A stretch of 64,000 bases of DNA from Antedon mediterranea (Eukaryota; Animalia; Echinodermata). The first letter of the stretch is position 1. Every line of letters begins with the position of its first letter. The stretch is taken from assembly GCF_964355755.1 (NCBI RefSeq), contig NC_092670.1, positions 31,050,388-31,114,387 on the forward strand, written 5' to 3'. Positions 23,183 through 36,342 of this stretch are shown here, in pieces. The position numbers and the translations under genes were made by a program. The notes beneath the pieces were generated by a model that saw only the letters and a list, made by a program, of their open reading frames with translations, was not told the origin of the DNA and did not search any database.

Positions 23183-26100
23183 ATGAATTTACATTGTATA
23201 ACACTAAACGTTAGAGGAGCTAGAAATATAAATAAGCAACATAAGCTATTCCAATGGGTAAAAGATCAAAAAGCGGATATATGTCTGCTTCAGGAAACCC
23301 ATCTAACAAATGAGATTATTAATAAATCAAACTTTGTTTGGGAAGGTGAAGCGATCCATAGTATAGGTAATTCACATAGTAGAGGAGTGTCGATACTATT
23401 ACGAAAAGGTCTTGAATGCAAAATTGTTAAAAAGTTAACTGATATTGATGGAAGATATATATTTCTTAATTTAATGATAAATGAAAAGGAATTGGACATT
23501 ATAAATATTTATGCTCCTAATGAAAACAAAAATAGAAGTGCATTCTTTAGGACCATACAAAAACGTTACAATGACTTTGATGGAGGGAAGGGTAATTCTA
23601 TCATTCTAGGTGGAGATCTGAATTGCATCATGAATAGTGACATTGGCCAAAAAGGTAGCGCAAATAGGTCTGATAAATCTGTTTTTACGATTAAAAACCT
23701 AATGAAAAATTTAAATTTAAATGATATTTGGAGATCCAAAAACATGAATAAGCGACAATTTACGTGGCGTAAGAGATTTAACAACATTTTCCGTAGGCTG
23801 GATTACTGGTTAATATCAGAAGATCTCTTTTCAAATGGAGATGTTTTAGCCTGTGACATTCGTCCAGCTATTCTCACAGATCACCAGGCGGTATCAATTA
23901 AAATAGATTTGCATGAAAAAATACGCGGTCCTGGTTTATGGATGTTCAACAATAGCTTTCTGAAAGATGAAACATTTACAAAATTAGTAATTAAAATAAT
24001 TGATGTTTCAATACTAAAAAATAATAGAGAACCTGTAAGTGCAAGTTTGTTATGGGAGCTTGTAAAAACAAAAATAAAAGAATTTTCAATTGCATACGGA
24101 AAACAAAAAAATAAAAACCAGAATAAAAAGAAAGAAAAATTACAAAAACAAATAAAAAACTTAAATGAAACAATTATGAATACTCAAAATTGTGATATAA
24201 CCATTGAAAATAAAATTGAAAACAAAAAAATAGAGCTTGAAAACATTTATAATATAGAAGCAAAAGGCGCGCAAATTAGGTCCAGAGTAAAATGGATAGA
24301 GGAAGGCGAGGGGAATACAAAATACTTTCTTGGGTTAGAAAGATCCAAAAGTAAAAAGAAACACATAAAAAGTTTAATTACTAAAGATGGGAGCTTAGCA
24401 ACGAGCCCAATTGATATTTTAAAGGAACAAATACAACATTTCGAAGGTTTATACGCAAAAAATGTTATAAACCCTGGAAAAATTAATAAATACCTTTGTA
24501 AATCTATTATAAACAAGCTTTCAGAAATAGAAAAAGAAAATTGTGAAGGTTACGTCACTATTGATGAATGTAAAAAGGCCATTTCAATGATGGAAAAAAA
24601 TAAAACACCTGGATCGGATGGTCTAAGTGTTGAATTTTATGTGTTCTTTTGGAATAATTAAACATTTAATTTGCGATGCGTTAAATGAAAGTTATAATTC
24701 TCAAGAATTATCCTTTTCGCAAAAACGAGGTGTAATCACCCTTTTGTTCAAGGATGGAGAAAGAGAAAATTTGAATAATTGGCGTCCCATTACCCTCTTA
24801 AACACCGATTACAAAATTCTTGCACATGTATTAAGTAACAAACTTAAAATGGTTATTAAATCAATAGTAAGTTCAGACCAAAAAGGTTATATAAAAGGCC
24901 GTTTCGCTGGTGAAAACATTCGGTTAATAGAAGACCTGCTTTATTATACAGAGTGTAATGATATCGAAGGGGCAATAATTACCGTAGATTTTAAGAAGGC
25001 TTTTGACTCTATTAGTAGAGATTTTATGTTCAATGTTCTAGAAAAGTTTAACTTTGGAATGTTCTTTTGTAACTGGCTAAAAGTATTATACAATAACGTT
25101 GAATGTGTCACAGTTAACAATGGTTGGGTTTCAAACAATTTTAAAATGGAAAGAGGTATTAGACAAGGTTGTCCTCTATCTGCTCTGTTATTCATTTTAG
25201 TGGTTGAAGTAATGGCATCTAGAATAAGAAACAAAGATGACTATAAGGGTATTAAACTTCCAAATAATGAAAATAACATAGAAGCTAGAATAAGCCAATT
25301 AGCCGATGATACTGTTTTGTATGTTGGTAATGACAAAAGTATTAAGTCAGCAGTCAGTGTAATTGAACGTTTTTTGTGAAGTATCTGGAATGACACTAAA
25401 TAAAAAAAAACCAATGCTTTTTGGATTGGTAAATGGAAGAACAGAATAGATAGACCTTTAGAATTAAATTGGGTAAAACACCCGATCAAAATTTTAGGCA
25501 TATATGTAGGGTATAATACAGAAGAATGTACCAGAAAAAACTGGGATGTTAAATTAATAGAGCTAGAAAAGACTTTAAAACAATGGAATGCTAGAAATCT
25601 CTCAATTTTTGGTAGAATAATAATGCTGAAAAGTCTTGCACTATCTAAATTAACATATGCTGCAAATATCACTGATGTTCCAAAATATGTATATACACAA
25701 GTTACAAATCTAATATATAATTTTATTTGGAACAATAAAAGGGAAAAGATAAAAAGAAAAACTCTAATTGGTGATGTTGAGATGGGAGGCATTAAAATGC
25801 CTGATTTTACTCTTCATGTTAACGCACTCATGTGTGGCTGGTTAAAAAGAATTATGAATGATGATGGTGCTAAATGGAAAAATATTCCAATGTATTATAT
25901 TAAAAAAATATGTGATGTTAATGTTTTACTTAATATGTCATGTTATAACATTATTGATGTTAATTCTGATAAAATTCCAAAAATTACAAAAATATGATAA
26001 AAGCCTACATAAATTATAACAGAATCTCAAAAAAAAAACCTGAAACTTATAACGATATAATGAATGAGCAACTGTGGGGAAACCACTACGTTAAACTAAA

Positions 26101-26942
26101 AAAAAAAATCGCTTTTCTACAAGCATTGGATTGACGGTGGCATTATCAGTATTAAAGACATTGTTAATAAGAACACTTTTTTAACATCAAACGAAATACT
26201 GGTGAAACTACAATGTAAAACAAACTGGTTAAATGAGTGTTTGTGCATTATTAAGGCAATACCAATTCAATGGAAACGTATTATTAAGGAGGTAGATATT
26301 TTCAATTGTGATGATAATGATGAATTAGTTGGGACCAAGTATGAGATTAATACTACCAAACTAATATACTCATGGTTTGTGAAAGAATATTTCATTATTC
26401 CAATGTCACAACTAAAATGGGAAGAGTACTTCAATGATAACAACATTGATTGGAAAACTTCTTGGTTACGGAAAGTATGTAAAATGAAAGATAAGAAACT
26501 AGCACAATTCAATTATAAGATGTTACATAGAATACTGCCTACCAACAAACGGCTGTATCAGTGGAAAGTTAAGGAAACACAAACGTGTGACAAATGTGGA
26601 GAAATTGAAAACGAAAATCATTTGTTTTTTAGTTGTAGATTTATTCAGAAATATTGGAGGAAAATGCTTAGTATCTTTGTAAGTTTAAATCACAATAATA
26701 TATCATTTAAACAATTAATACTAGGAACGGGAGATAAGCTAATAGATTATATTTACACTTTTGCAGCATTTACTATTTATAGAATAAAAATGTTATCTGC
26801 ACTAAATAAGCCAGTGGGTAAATCTTTATGGAATTCATTTAAAAGCAATATGTTATATAACATTGAATGTGAAACATATAACAATAAAGAAACAAGTATA
26901 GAACAATGGGTAGCTTTAAGAAATAAGATTATGATAATATAA
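23183..26942 (+). pseudogene. Tx1-type ORF2 (APE endonuclease + reverse transcriptase + C-terminal zinc finger), frameshifted
   Basis: TLNVRG, LQETH, NIYAPN, GGDLN, RLDYW, TDH; KTPGSDGL, NWRPITLLNTDYK, DFKKAFD, GIRQGCPLS, QLADD; CDKCGEIENENHLFFSC. Confidence 0.92.
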
Positions 26943-26983
26943 TTTCTAATTTGATACGATTAACTGAAAAAGAATTACAGTGA

Positions 26984-28310
26984 CTAGAGGGTGAGCTCGC
27001 TTCGCTCGCTCCCCCTCTAGGAAGTGTAGACGATGGTTCTCGGAATGATAATGTTCTCCTTATACATTTTCTGTCGGTTACCATTATTGAAAATGCTTGA
27101 CATTCGTAAAACTAAACTACTTTGTTTCACAGTGTTTTAGATGATTAATAACATTTTAAAGTATAGTTTTTATTGTTTGGTAGGGCCCTTTGGGGAGGCG
27201 GAGGTCATTTGAGGGAGGTGCTTATTCGAGGGATATATGTTAAATTTTTTAGTTCTAATAATATGGTAACATTTATAATCAAATGAAATCCTCTCATAGA
27301 TATGAAAAGTGGTAAAAAAGAATAACAAATGCTTGGTAAATTGCAGAACAGTGCGGTGAATTCTACTACAAATAGTATAATTGTGTTATTATAAATATGT
27401 GGATGGACGTTTATTAGATAGTTGGGTTGTGGGGGGGGGGGGGGGTGGTGTTATTATTCAAAGTGATGTTTTATTGGAGAGGCGTTTATTCAAATGAATA
27501 CCATCCTAATAATTATTAATACATTATTTAATTTAATCATCTTTTGAAACTAACTGCCGTGACAGAGTGGGCCCAAGAAAGAAGACATTACGGCTTGCAA
27601 CATGGGCAGACATCTCGGTCCTAACGGGACACAGGAAGATAGCCTACAGTTATTCCTGCAAGCTTACTCAATAAAACTCAGCTATCGGGATTTCACTCGA
27701 AAAATGTCTTATCAAATCTCCCTATGTAATTTTATAATACTATTCCCCACAATATATTCTGATTCTTTATGGCGTATATTTAATTTGATCTTTATTAATT
27801 TGCAGTATAATTCCTATTATTTAACTACTGTACCTTCACACACGTGTGGTATGTTTTAAAATAAACAAAAAACTGAAATGGCTATGATTAATGGCCAATT
27901 TTTTTTTCGTCTTCCAAAGGGACACTGTATTGATTGATGGAAAGTGCCTGTTTCCAGTCACCTTTAGGGTCAAATCTATTATTTTAACTGCTCCCTTGTG
28001 TATAAAAGAGAGAAAATATTTGAAACTAAGGTGAACTTATCTTAAACCCGGAAATTACTTTGACCGGGAAGAATTGAAATTGAGAGGAAAATCCAATGTT
28101 GAAATCATAAATGTTGTTACAAAACTCTTTATAATATCTTCCTAAGATATAAATATGAAACAATAGCGTCGGCGTGCACACTAATGTTATCAAATCTACG
28201 TTTCGCGGTACATCTCGGATAGATAAGGTAGGTATCCAAGGCGGAGATTTGTACCGAAGTTTTTGCATTGTGCTCGCCTATGTCAGAATTAACCATAATT
28301 TATATATAGA
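26984..28310 (-). mobile_element. Non-autonomous Helitron
   Basis: Minus strand A|TCTATATATAAATT... ends in a GC-rich hairpin then CTAG|T; no TSD. Confidence 0.88.
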
Positions 28311-29213
28311 TACGGGTTACTGGTGGTACTGAGCTATTATTGTTTTTTTTTTATCATGTATATAAATATATTGTATAATCCGGGTTGTAAAATGAAAACA
28401 AACAAATGAAAATGTGTGAACTATTTTAAAACGGGATAGATGATAATGATGATCCTGTCAAGTGTATAACAAAATATAAGAAAATTAATGAAAAAAGGAG
28501 TAATACAGAATTCATATTATGTAAAAATGTTACTTATGAACTGTAACGACATTTACAAGTTAAATAATACGATTTTATGTAATATGAGATAATATGAATG
28601 TGAATAAAAGTGGTGTTTGCGCCACAAAAGAGAAAAAAAAAATAGCATTAAAATGTTCAAATATTAAGGATACACCACTAAAAATGCAAACAGACATATT
28701 TTTTATTTAGTAAAAATCTACTGTGTTTAAATTAAGTCTAAACACAAACTAATTTATTCTTTTTAATTTTGTTTTGTATCAGCAATCAGTGGGGTTCATT
28801 CGAACCCTGGCTATGGGTCTGAATCTTTGCTAATCTTATTCTATACGCTTAATTACTTTCATAAGCATACTTCTCCACGTGGTCAGACAAACTAAACAAT
28901 ATAGCGGGTAGATCAAATCCTTCTTCCCATGAACACGGTGTCAGTGAATTATAATCAAGAACAACTAACCAACCGTCGTCGTTATTGCAACTGCCGTACC
29001 ACTTATTAATAAAGAATCGCCGTGCAAACTTTTTGTAATAAATAGAGTATATAGTACAGTAATTAAACATTTAGGACTACTTAACTGTAGTCCAATACTT
29101 GGCAACTTGAAGTTGGACTAAATGTTGGCATTGTCTCTGTGATGAAGAAATACAGAAGAACTTACATTTGATGCCGCTGATTTAAATGATAAACCAAATT
29201 GACTTAATCAAAT

Positions 29214-29282
29214 AAACTAGAAAGCCACTCCGAGAGTGCATACCTCCGCCTACTGTAAAATTCTCCTACATTTCTCCGGTAA

Positions 29283-29337
<55 letters not shown>

Positions 29338-29899
29338 ATATTTGTGTGTGTCTTAATGCTGTTTGTGATTGAGGCTAATTTCAATACAAGCATGTGTATG
29401 CGAGTTTGGTGTAATGGTTATGTAACAAGCCTTTCAATTAACAATGGCTTCAGTTGACTAACAATAAAACAGCAACGCGAAAATCAAAAGAGTGAATTTG
29501 AAAAGAAATAGGTTTTTTAACTACTCGCATCAAAACGTGCACATTAAATCAAATTATGTTTTAAAATTACAAATCACAAATTATAACTCTTGCCTCTTGT
29601 ACAAAAATGAAGTTTTTTGGACAAGTAGTTCTTGAGAAAATGCAATTTCAGTTTACTTGTTACTTTAAGACTGCTCGCCGGCTTTTGAAAAATTCTGTCC
29701 TATCTTTTAACACTAGCAGGTCTGAAAGGTATACTCAAAAAGTGGTCCAGAATTGGGACCATGGTCCCAAATGGTCCCAAAATTTAATGGAATGGTCCTT
29801 GACCACATATCTATCTGTATACAGTATTCATTTTGGTAAGGATCTTGTAATTACTTTTTGAGTGATCCTGCTAACAAACTCCTCCTTGGCGGAGGTAAA
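29214..29899 (-). mobile_element. Helentron-associated (HINE/DINE-1-like) element
   Basis: Subterminal inverted repeat TACCTCCGCC / GGCGGAGGTA, short 3' hairpin CACTC-TCG-GAGTG, T-rich ends; contains (TA)n at about 29286-29332. Confidence 0.7.
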
Positions 29900-31527
29900 C
29901 AATGCAGTGGTAATGTTCAATGTATACCGTACTTACTCATCGCCTAATAAGCTAAAGAAATATGTCGATACGCCAGCCTTTAAATCTTCCCAAGGTGAAT
30001 CGAGAAGGTGTTCAAGCGAAAACCAAGATGTTTTGTCTCCTCCTGTAACTCCGTTAACACAACATTCTAAGCTCATCAAAATATTCCGAATACAGTGTTA
30101 ACTTTACCTGTTATTACCAAAATCAAAAATAAATAAGACAAATTTTTGGATGATAAAACAGATATCATTAGAAACAAAATATTCAACACATTTAAATAAT
30201 AGGATTTTTTAAACTGTCCTTTATAGGACGCCATTATTTCTTATCGCTTCCGTTATTCGCCATCATTTGTTCTCAACCTAACATTATTCCTTTTGAAAAA
30301 AAAAAATGTCCTCCTTAAATTCATATGCAGAGTTGTTCAACCCAAGAAACATCCTTACCATTTCTTCCACCTATAGCTATCACCTTATAACGTACCTACC
30401 CTGAAATTACCAACATTCTCTCATCTCTAATTCCAAGCTAGGACCTCCCCCTTCCTCCAATCTCTCCCCCCCCCCCCTATTCTATCTCTCTCTCCCCAAG
30501 CACCCCCTACCACCCTATACGATTCTTTAAGATTCGGTATGGTCTAAAAAAAAAAGGATAGTCATGCAGAAAAAATGCAAGATTTATGACGCATAAAAAT
30601 GGCAGAAAAGTTTTAAAAAGAGAAATTATCAATTTTTAAGCAATGAACAACTGTGTAAAAAAGAATTTATTCATTTATTATTCAATTCATTTATGTAGAG
30701 AAGATTATTAATTTAAACCTGAAGTGATTTTAATATAGTATATTTACAATGTATATATGTAATTTTTCTTTGTTAATTTATAATTTGTATGAGGAATTAA
30801 TAGATCCAAGATAATGTCATTACATTACTTATAGACTTATTCTCAAAAGCACCAAAGTTGACTATTTTAGATCTGTTTTTTATTACTTTATTAGGTCTTA
30901 TGCATCTATATTCACATTCATCATAATCACCTGATTCTATATCTGTAACTGGATAGAGTCTAACTGACTTGTGATTGTCAGATTCACATGTAGTGACAGC
31001 TGCAAATGTCATAACCATATTAAGGTACATACTTTGATAATTTGTGATGAAGCCCAGTTATCAAAAGGTTTATTCAATCTAAAGTTTAACGATGAATTGA
31101 ATGACATTGCAGCGTTCGATTCTGATGAGTTTGTTCCGTGGACGAATGACTCGTATTATATAGATATTCCGTTCCCTGCCATGCCTTTGAATATGAGGTT
31201 CCATTCTATATGAATGAGTAACAGATTGTCATTACATTGATATTTATATATTTTATTTATTTATCCGTGATAGATTATCCTGATGTATCTAGACATATTT
31301 CATTTCATTTCACAAATGTTTTTACACAACACTATAATATTAGTATAAGCATAGTCGATGTTAGTATGTTATTGTCTGTAACTATTTATATTTTTACTAA
31401 TATCAAGTCAAAATTCAATTAAATCGATAGCTAGAATTGTAATAGTTTTCCGGTGACGTCACGATAAATAAAAATTCTAATAACAATTTTTTTAAGCTAA
31501 CATTGTGTATTCTGTGAAACCGCGTAA

Positions 31528-31729
31528 AGGCCAATTTACTCAGACGAGTAGTAACGGTAAGCGGAAAACCGAAATATAGAATCTATATTATTTCTAATAA
31601 CCATTTACTCAAAAGGTTGAACAGATGGGCGGTTGAACGGACCCACACTCAGGATACATACGGAATCTACGTGGCACGATCGACGCAATTTTCTCCTTAA
31701 TGCTACCGCTCGTCTGCGTAAATTGGTCT
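31528..31729. mobile_element. PIF/Harbinger-like MITE
   Basis: AGGCCAATTTACTCAGACGAG / CTCGTCTGCGTAAATTGGTCT with TAA/TTA flanks. Confidence 0.72.
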
Positions 31730-32434
31730 TTATTTGCAACACGCATGTTTTTATCAACTTAATACACGGTTAAGTGTCACTTCGTGGCGTCATTAACGTG
31801 TTCACACTTGCCGTCTGATGAGCAATATTTCTGGTTGTCACAAATGCACAAACGCGTCTCCGGATAAGAAGCGTCGTGAAAAAAATGTTTCTTCGGTTTT
31901 ACACGGTACATTCTGGTAATTATTTTTCATGACGAAAGCATAACAGAGCAAAAAGAAAGAAAAAACAAATATGATGTTGAGGATAAAAAAAAAGACAAAC
32001 AGAGCTGAACAATTTGAACATTTTACCATAGCCATTATGAAAAGATTATACGAAATTATTTTTAAATGTAATATATCTAATAATTGTTTTGTAATGTACG
32101 TTTTATTTTTATATTACAAATTCAGTTTTCATAAACTGACGTGAAAAAAGGCTTTCCTAATAATAAATAGTCTTACCTCAGACCCACTATACTCATAGTA
32201 GGATAAATTATTTTTAACCAAGCAATTTTTGTTCATGTTTTCCATTTTAACATTACTTTTAAGTATTTAAAAATAGCAAATTCTGGTTTGATTGTCGAAA
32301 TACACTGATACGCACATCTGTTCGTCGTGGCAGGAGAGAACACATCTACTTAGCAGACTCCTGAAACGTGTTATTACGTAGTCGAATGTAATACAGTTAG
32401 TTTCAACTTTGGTCATTGTGACACTTGTCCTGTA

Positions 32435-32487
32435 TTTTTAGTCTTGTGGAAGCGACTCTATAGTTCACTATGTCGGTCGGTTGGTCG

Positions 32488-32518
<31 letters not shown>

Positions 32519-33268
32519 GGTCTGTCTGTCTGTCTGTCGGTCCGGTATCACTATGCGTTTTATCGCTTTCTGACCTTATCTTGATATCAGTTTAATCTAG
32601 CTAGGTCAATTTTTCACAGTATATTCCTTATGGCCAGGAATCGATGTGGTTATGTTTTCACGGTGCGCAATAAAAAATTACGCGGTCTACGCACGATTTA
32701 ACGAAATCACGTTTGTAATCATATCTTCACAACCATGAATCACAATTAAATAAAATTTGGTACTCATAAATTTCAGGGCATAAATCATCATATGGAAATA
32801 CAATTACGTGCGTAGCGCATGTAACGCATGCGTACGCGCGCTTACAATTTTCAAAATTTATTTTCGATGAAATAAGAGTACGTTTCAGGCAATTTTAAGG
32901 GTTTACAAAATTGCCATGAGTGCGCATATTTTTGCGCGCGCACTGCGCGTTAAATGTTATTGCGCACTCTTTTTGCCCGATTTCTGTTTTCTTGACTTAC
33001 TTTTCAACTCGAAATCACGTTATACGAGCACGTCAAAAGTGATAGGCTACGCACGTGTAAATTAAAAAAATATAAATGTTTTTAAACATTTCAACATTTT
33101 TAAACATGTTCAGTAATTTCGGTCAGTATAGTTCACTATGTCGGTCGGTCAGTATAGTTCACTATGTCGGTCGGTTGGTCTGCTGTCTGTCGGTCTGTCG
33201 GTCTGTCTGTCGGTCCGGTATCACTATGCATTGTAGCACGCGACTTAATGGCTGTTGGCGTTGTTTTT
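32435..33268 (+). mobile_element. Helentron-associated (HINE/DINE-1-like) element, copy 1
   Basis: T-run ends, subTIR AGTCTTGTG / CACGCGACT, (GTCT/GTCG)n microsatellites near both ends, 3' hairpin; near-identical inverted copy at 47656-48424. Confidence 0.82.
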
Positions 33269-35981
33269 AAACTTGACAATCTGTGAATTATAGAATAAAG
33301 AGTTTAAATATAATAGTGTCCAACTAAAAAAATGTGTTGAATATGCCATTTTAATGTCACATCAGTAAAATGATTTAACTGAATAAATTGTAACTTAAAG
33401 CAAAAAATACTTAAATTGTCTGTCAGAAAATGGTTAAAATTACCCGTTTCTTTTGACTTTTCATAAGGGAAATACTTATTTGTGTTGTTTTTTTTCTATG
33501 GAAGTGAATAACTTCATCAAACCTGCAAAATGGGCTATTAAAAGTCTGATTTCATAAAATATTTATTTTCATGATTTATTGGGACAATAGAAAAACAACC
33601 ATCACTTTTATATAATTTATATTTTTAATCATTATAAACAATACATTTGCATTTTAATTATTTAGTCAAATGTTTGACCTACTCTGACGTAATTTTACTT
33701 AATACATTTATGAGAAGAAATTCTCTACAGATCACTAGCCTGGAGTTCATACACCTAGACCTCCGAGATTTTGCTGATTGATTAGGTTTTAAGGGGAAAG
33801 GAAATTTGTTTAGACACAGAAGGTAGAATTTATTTTGTCATATATTATGCTTCTGTAAAATGTTGATTAAATCGAAAGACATTAGCAGCAAGAAAACATT
33901 GCAATTTAAATCTATTCAACTATATAGTAGATTGTATGCTACGTATAGACATTTCATCATTATGAATACATTGTCCTCTGCTGCTTGTAAAATGAACCAT
34001 TTTATACACATAAACACATTCAATTTTTCAAGAGCCAACCCATCCCATGCCCTAGATGTTTTTTAAGTTGAGCAGTAGAGACATTATCAGTTCATCACCT
34101 CTTGTACAAATATGTTCTGTAATACTGTAGTTGTATCCATCTGTTAGAGCAATGAATGTACGAGAATAATGTGACCAATTCGTATATATGTTTTCAAAGG
34201 TTCGCACTGTTTTTTTGTATTTGTGTGGTTTTGTCTACATATACTATTTATGCATATAATATAATGAATGGAAATAACAAATATCCATAAAGCCATTGGT
34301 GCCACCTTCCAAATTTTTTTTCGTGCGAAAATGTATAAATTGTGCTGTGTTGTTAATTTTTCTGTTGGTGGTAGCTTAATTTCTGAATCAATTTTATCAG
34401 TTACTGCTTGTTTCTAAAAATGTGAGTACCATTTCTTTTGAAGGTGGCTGTTCTCACAGCCATGGGTATTGAATTGCTTGTTTGGAAGGTTTTTGTATTT
34501 CTGATTCAGTTGGTCAATGTAAATTTATTTACATATCACTTAAGCCAATTTTCCATAAATAGGCAAATTGAAATAGTTGACTAATGAGTATGCATATTAA
34601 TTTTTTCATCTACTTTTTGTGATGTGACAAATTCCACAGCCAATCGACTTTAGGAACTATTATTCATAAAGACGAGAAATATGAACAATAATTATCTTTT
34701 AATTATAATCGTTGAATATAATTTATTTTCTAACGGGTTTAAGCCCTCTATAATCCTTTAGCCTTTATTTTTTCTCAAGGTTACCACAAAGAAGTGTTGG
34801 TTTTCTGTCAAGGTTATATCTTCTGTCAGGTAACCAAAACGTAGTGGGGTTTTTTACTGCGGATCCAGTTCATAGACACAATGTCGGTGGGCCTGATATG
34901 TCGTATGTGTGGGTGCCGGGACTCACCCTAATCTTCTACTACTACAGGTTAAATCGATCAATTACAACTCTACTAGAACTTGTTGTTCCATTGCACCATA
35001 GTTTATTCATGGTACAAGCAGCAAAGGACAATATAGTATAATATTACATTCATAATGATAACATTTCCCCAAATAACTTATTATTATTGTTATTATTATT
35101 ATTATTGTAGGTCTACTAAAAAGATTTAAATGGCATAAAAAGTGCCGCCAATGTCTTTCAATTTAAATTTTAAAACATTTTAACAGAAGCATAATAATAT
35201 GATAAATTTTCTTTCATTTGAGACCAAACACGATGACATTTGAGGTCAGTGTTACTAACACGCATGCTGTTTTGTTTTATTCATAATAATAATTATTATT
35301 TATTATTATTATTATGTTTTCAAATTGTATTTAAACATCAGCTAATTTTATCAAAATGTTACTGTAATTAAATTGTTATTATTTATTTTAATGTAATTAT
35401 TTAGAGTACTTCATATGTTGTAATTATTATTACAGTTTAATGAGATTCTTATAATGGTTTTTTTTCTGTGGCTTTAACTACTATCTTGCCAAAACAATAT
35501 TTAGTTTAGTTTAGGTTTAAGTTTAGGTTTTTTGTTTATATTCATTAAATCAAAACCAGTCAGTTTTCTTATGAACAATATTATTAAGGCATGTCATGTT
35601 TAGATAGAATGATTGTAAATTATAAATCAAAAAGATAATTGTGGTATATTTAAACAATCGACAATTGGCAAAATACTGCGATTACACCAAATATACCAAA
35701 TATTGACACCAATTTTCTGTTCTTATTTTATCTCGAAAAAAAAACAGACTCGAAGTAATAATTCTCAAAAGTAAAGGTTTTCATATCATTTCACTCGGCG
35801 GGTGATCCATCCGACCCCGTATGCATACTCTTTGCGTACATTGAATTGCCTAATAATTAAGTTTGACAAAAACATTTCATCTATATTGGTTGAAGAAAAA
35901 TAGGTTAACATTTACTGATAATAGGAGATTATGTCCTTATCACAATTATACCGCTAGTGAGAGTGCGAACTATAACTGAAA

Positions 35982-36342
35982 AACCCCCTTTACACTAGGG
36001 CGATAACGATCGATGATAATAGAAAAACACACATGTTTTATACATAAAACAAAAGAAATCTAAAGAGTAGAACTATTGGATAACCACCAATGCATTTTTG
36101 ATAAAAATTACATTTTCTCACGTCCAATCAAATGACTTTATGATTATTAAAATCAATAATATTGTGACTAATATTATTACGTCGATTATGACGTCATTGG
36201 ATTTGTTAAAATATTATTTTATCAAAGACAGCATAAATGATTATCCTAAAGTTCTATAACGAAATCTTTTATAATTTCTTTTTTTTTTTATGTAAGAAAA
36301 ATGTGTGTTTATCTATTTTATCATCCTAGTGTAAACGGGTCT
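35982..36342. mobile_element. PIF/Harbinger-like MITE (degenerate)
   Basis: CCCCTTTACACTAGG...GATAA / TTATC...CCTAGTGTAAACGGG inverted termini. Confidence 0.6.

Larger units (their letters stand above)
21566..28639 (+). mobile_element. Full-length Tx1/L1-clade non-LTR retrotransposon, with a Helitron in its 3' UTR
   Basis: TSD AAATAGCATT at 21556-21565 and 28640-28649 at a TT|AAA site; ORF1, ORF2, AATAAA, small stem-loop and oligo-A tail present. Confidence 0.9.
17615..32429 (-). pseudogene. Disabled paralog of the PAN + unnamed-domain gene at 56940-60126
   Basis: Exon remnants 32177-32429 (PAN: RCVLSCHDEQMCVSVYFDNQTRICY, frameshifted), 31033-31205 (EWNLIFKGMAG, in-frame TAA at 31156-31158), 29937-30107 (VKLTLYS...SPWEDL, 2-nt deletion), 28857-29032 (RRFFINKWYGSC, acceptor reads CAA) and 17615-17661 (TERAYIMTVHVMYA-stop, 47 bp like the paralog's last exon). 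Confidence 0.82.

Noticed and set aside
30797-31030. Cys-containing ORF next to a pseudogene exon
   Set aside because: Lies in the intron after the GTATGT donor and has no counterpart in the intact paralog.
31812-31880. Candidate exon 3 of the pseudogene (CDNQKYCSSD, GC donor)
   Set aside because: Position and phase fit, but similarity is weak and there is no clear acceptor; not listed as a feature.
33699-33750. Candidate signal-peptide exon of the pseudogene (MNSRLVICREFLLINVL)
   Set aside because: Plausible, but not supported by similarity to the paralog.
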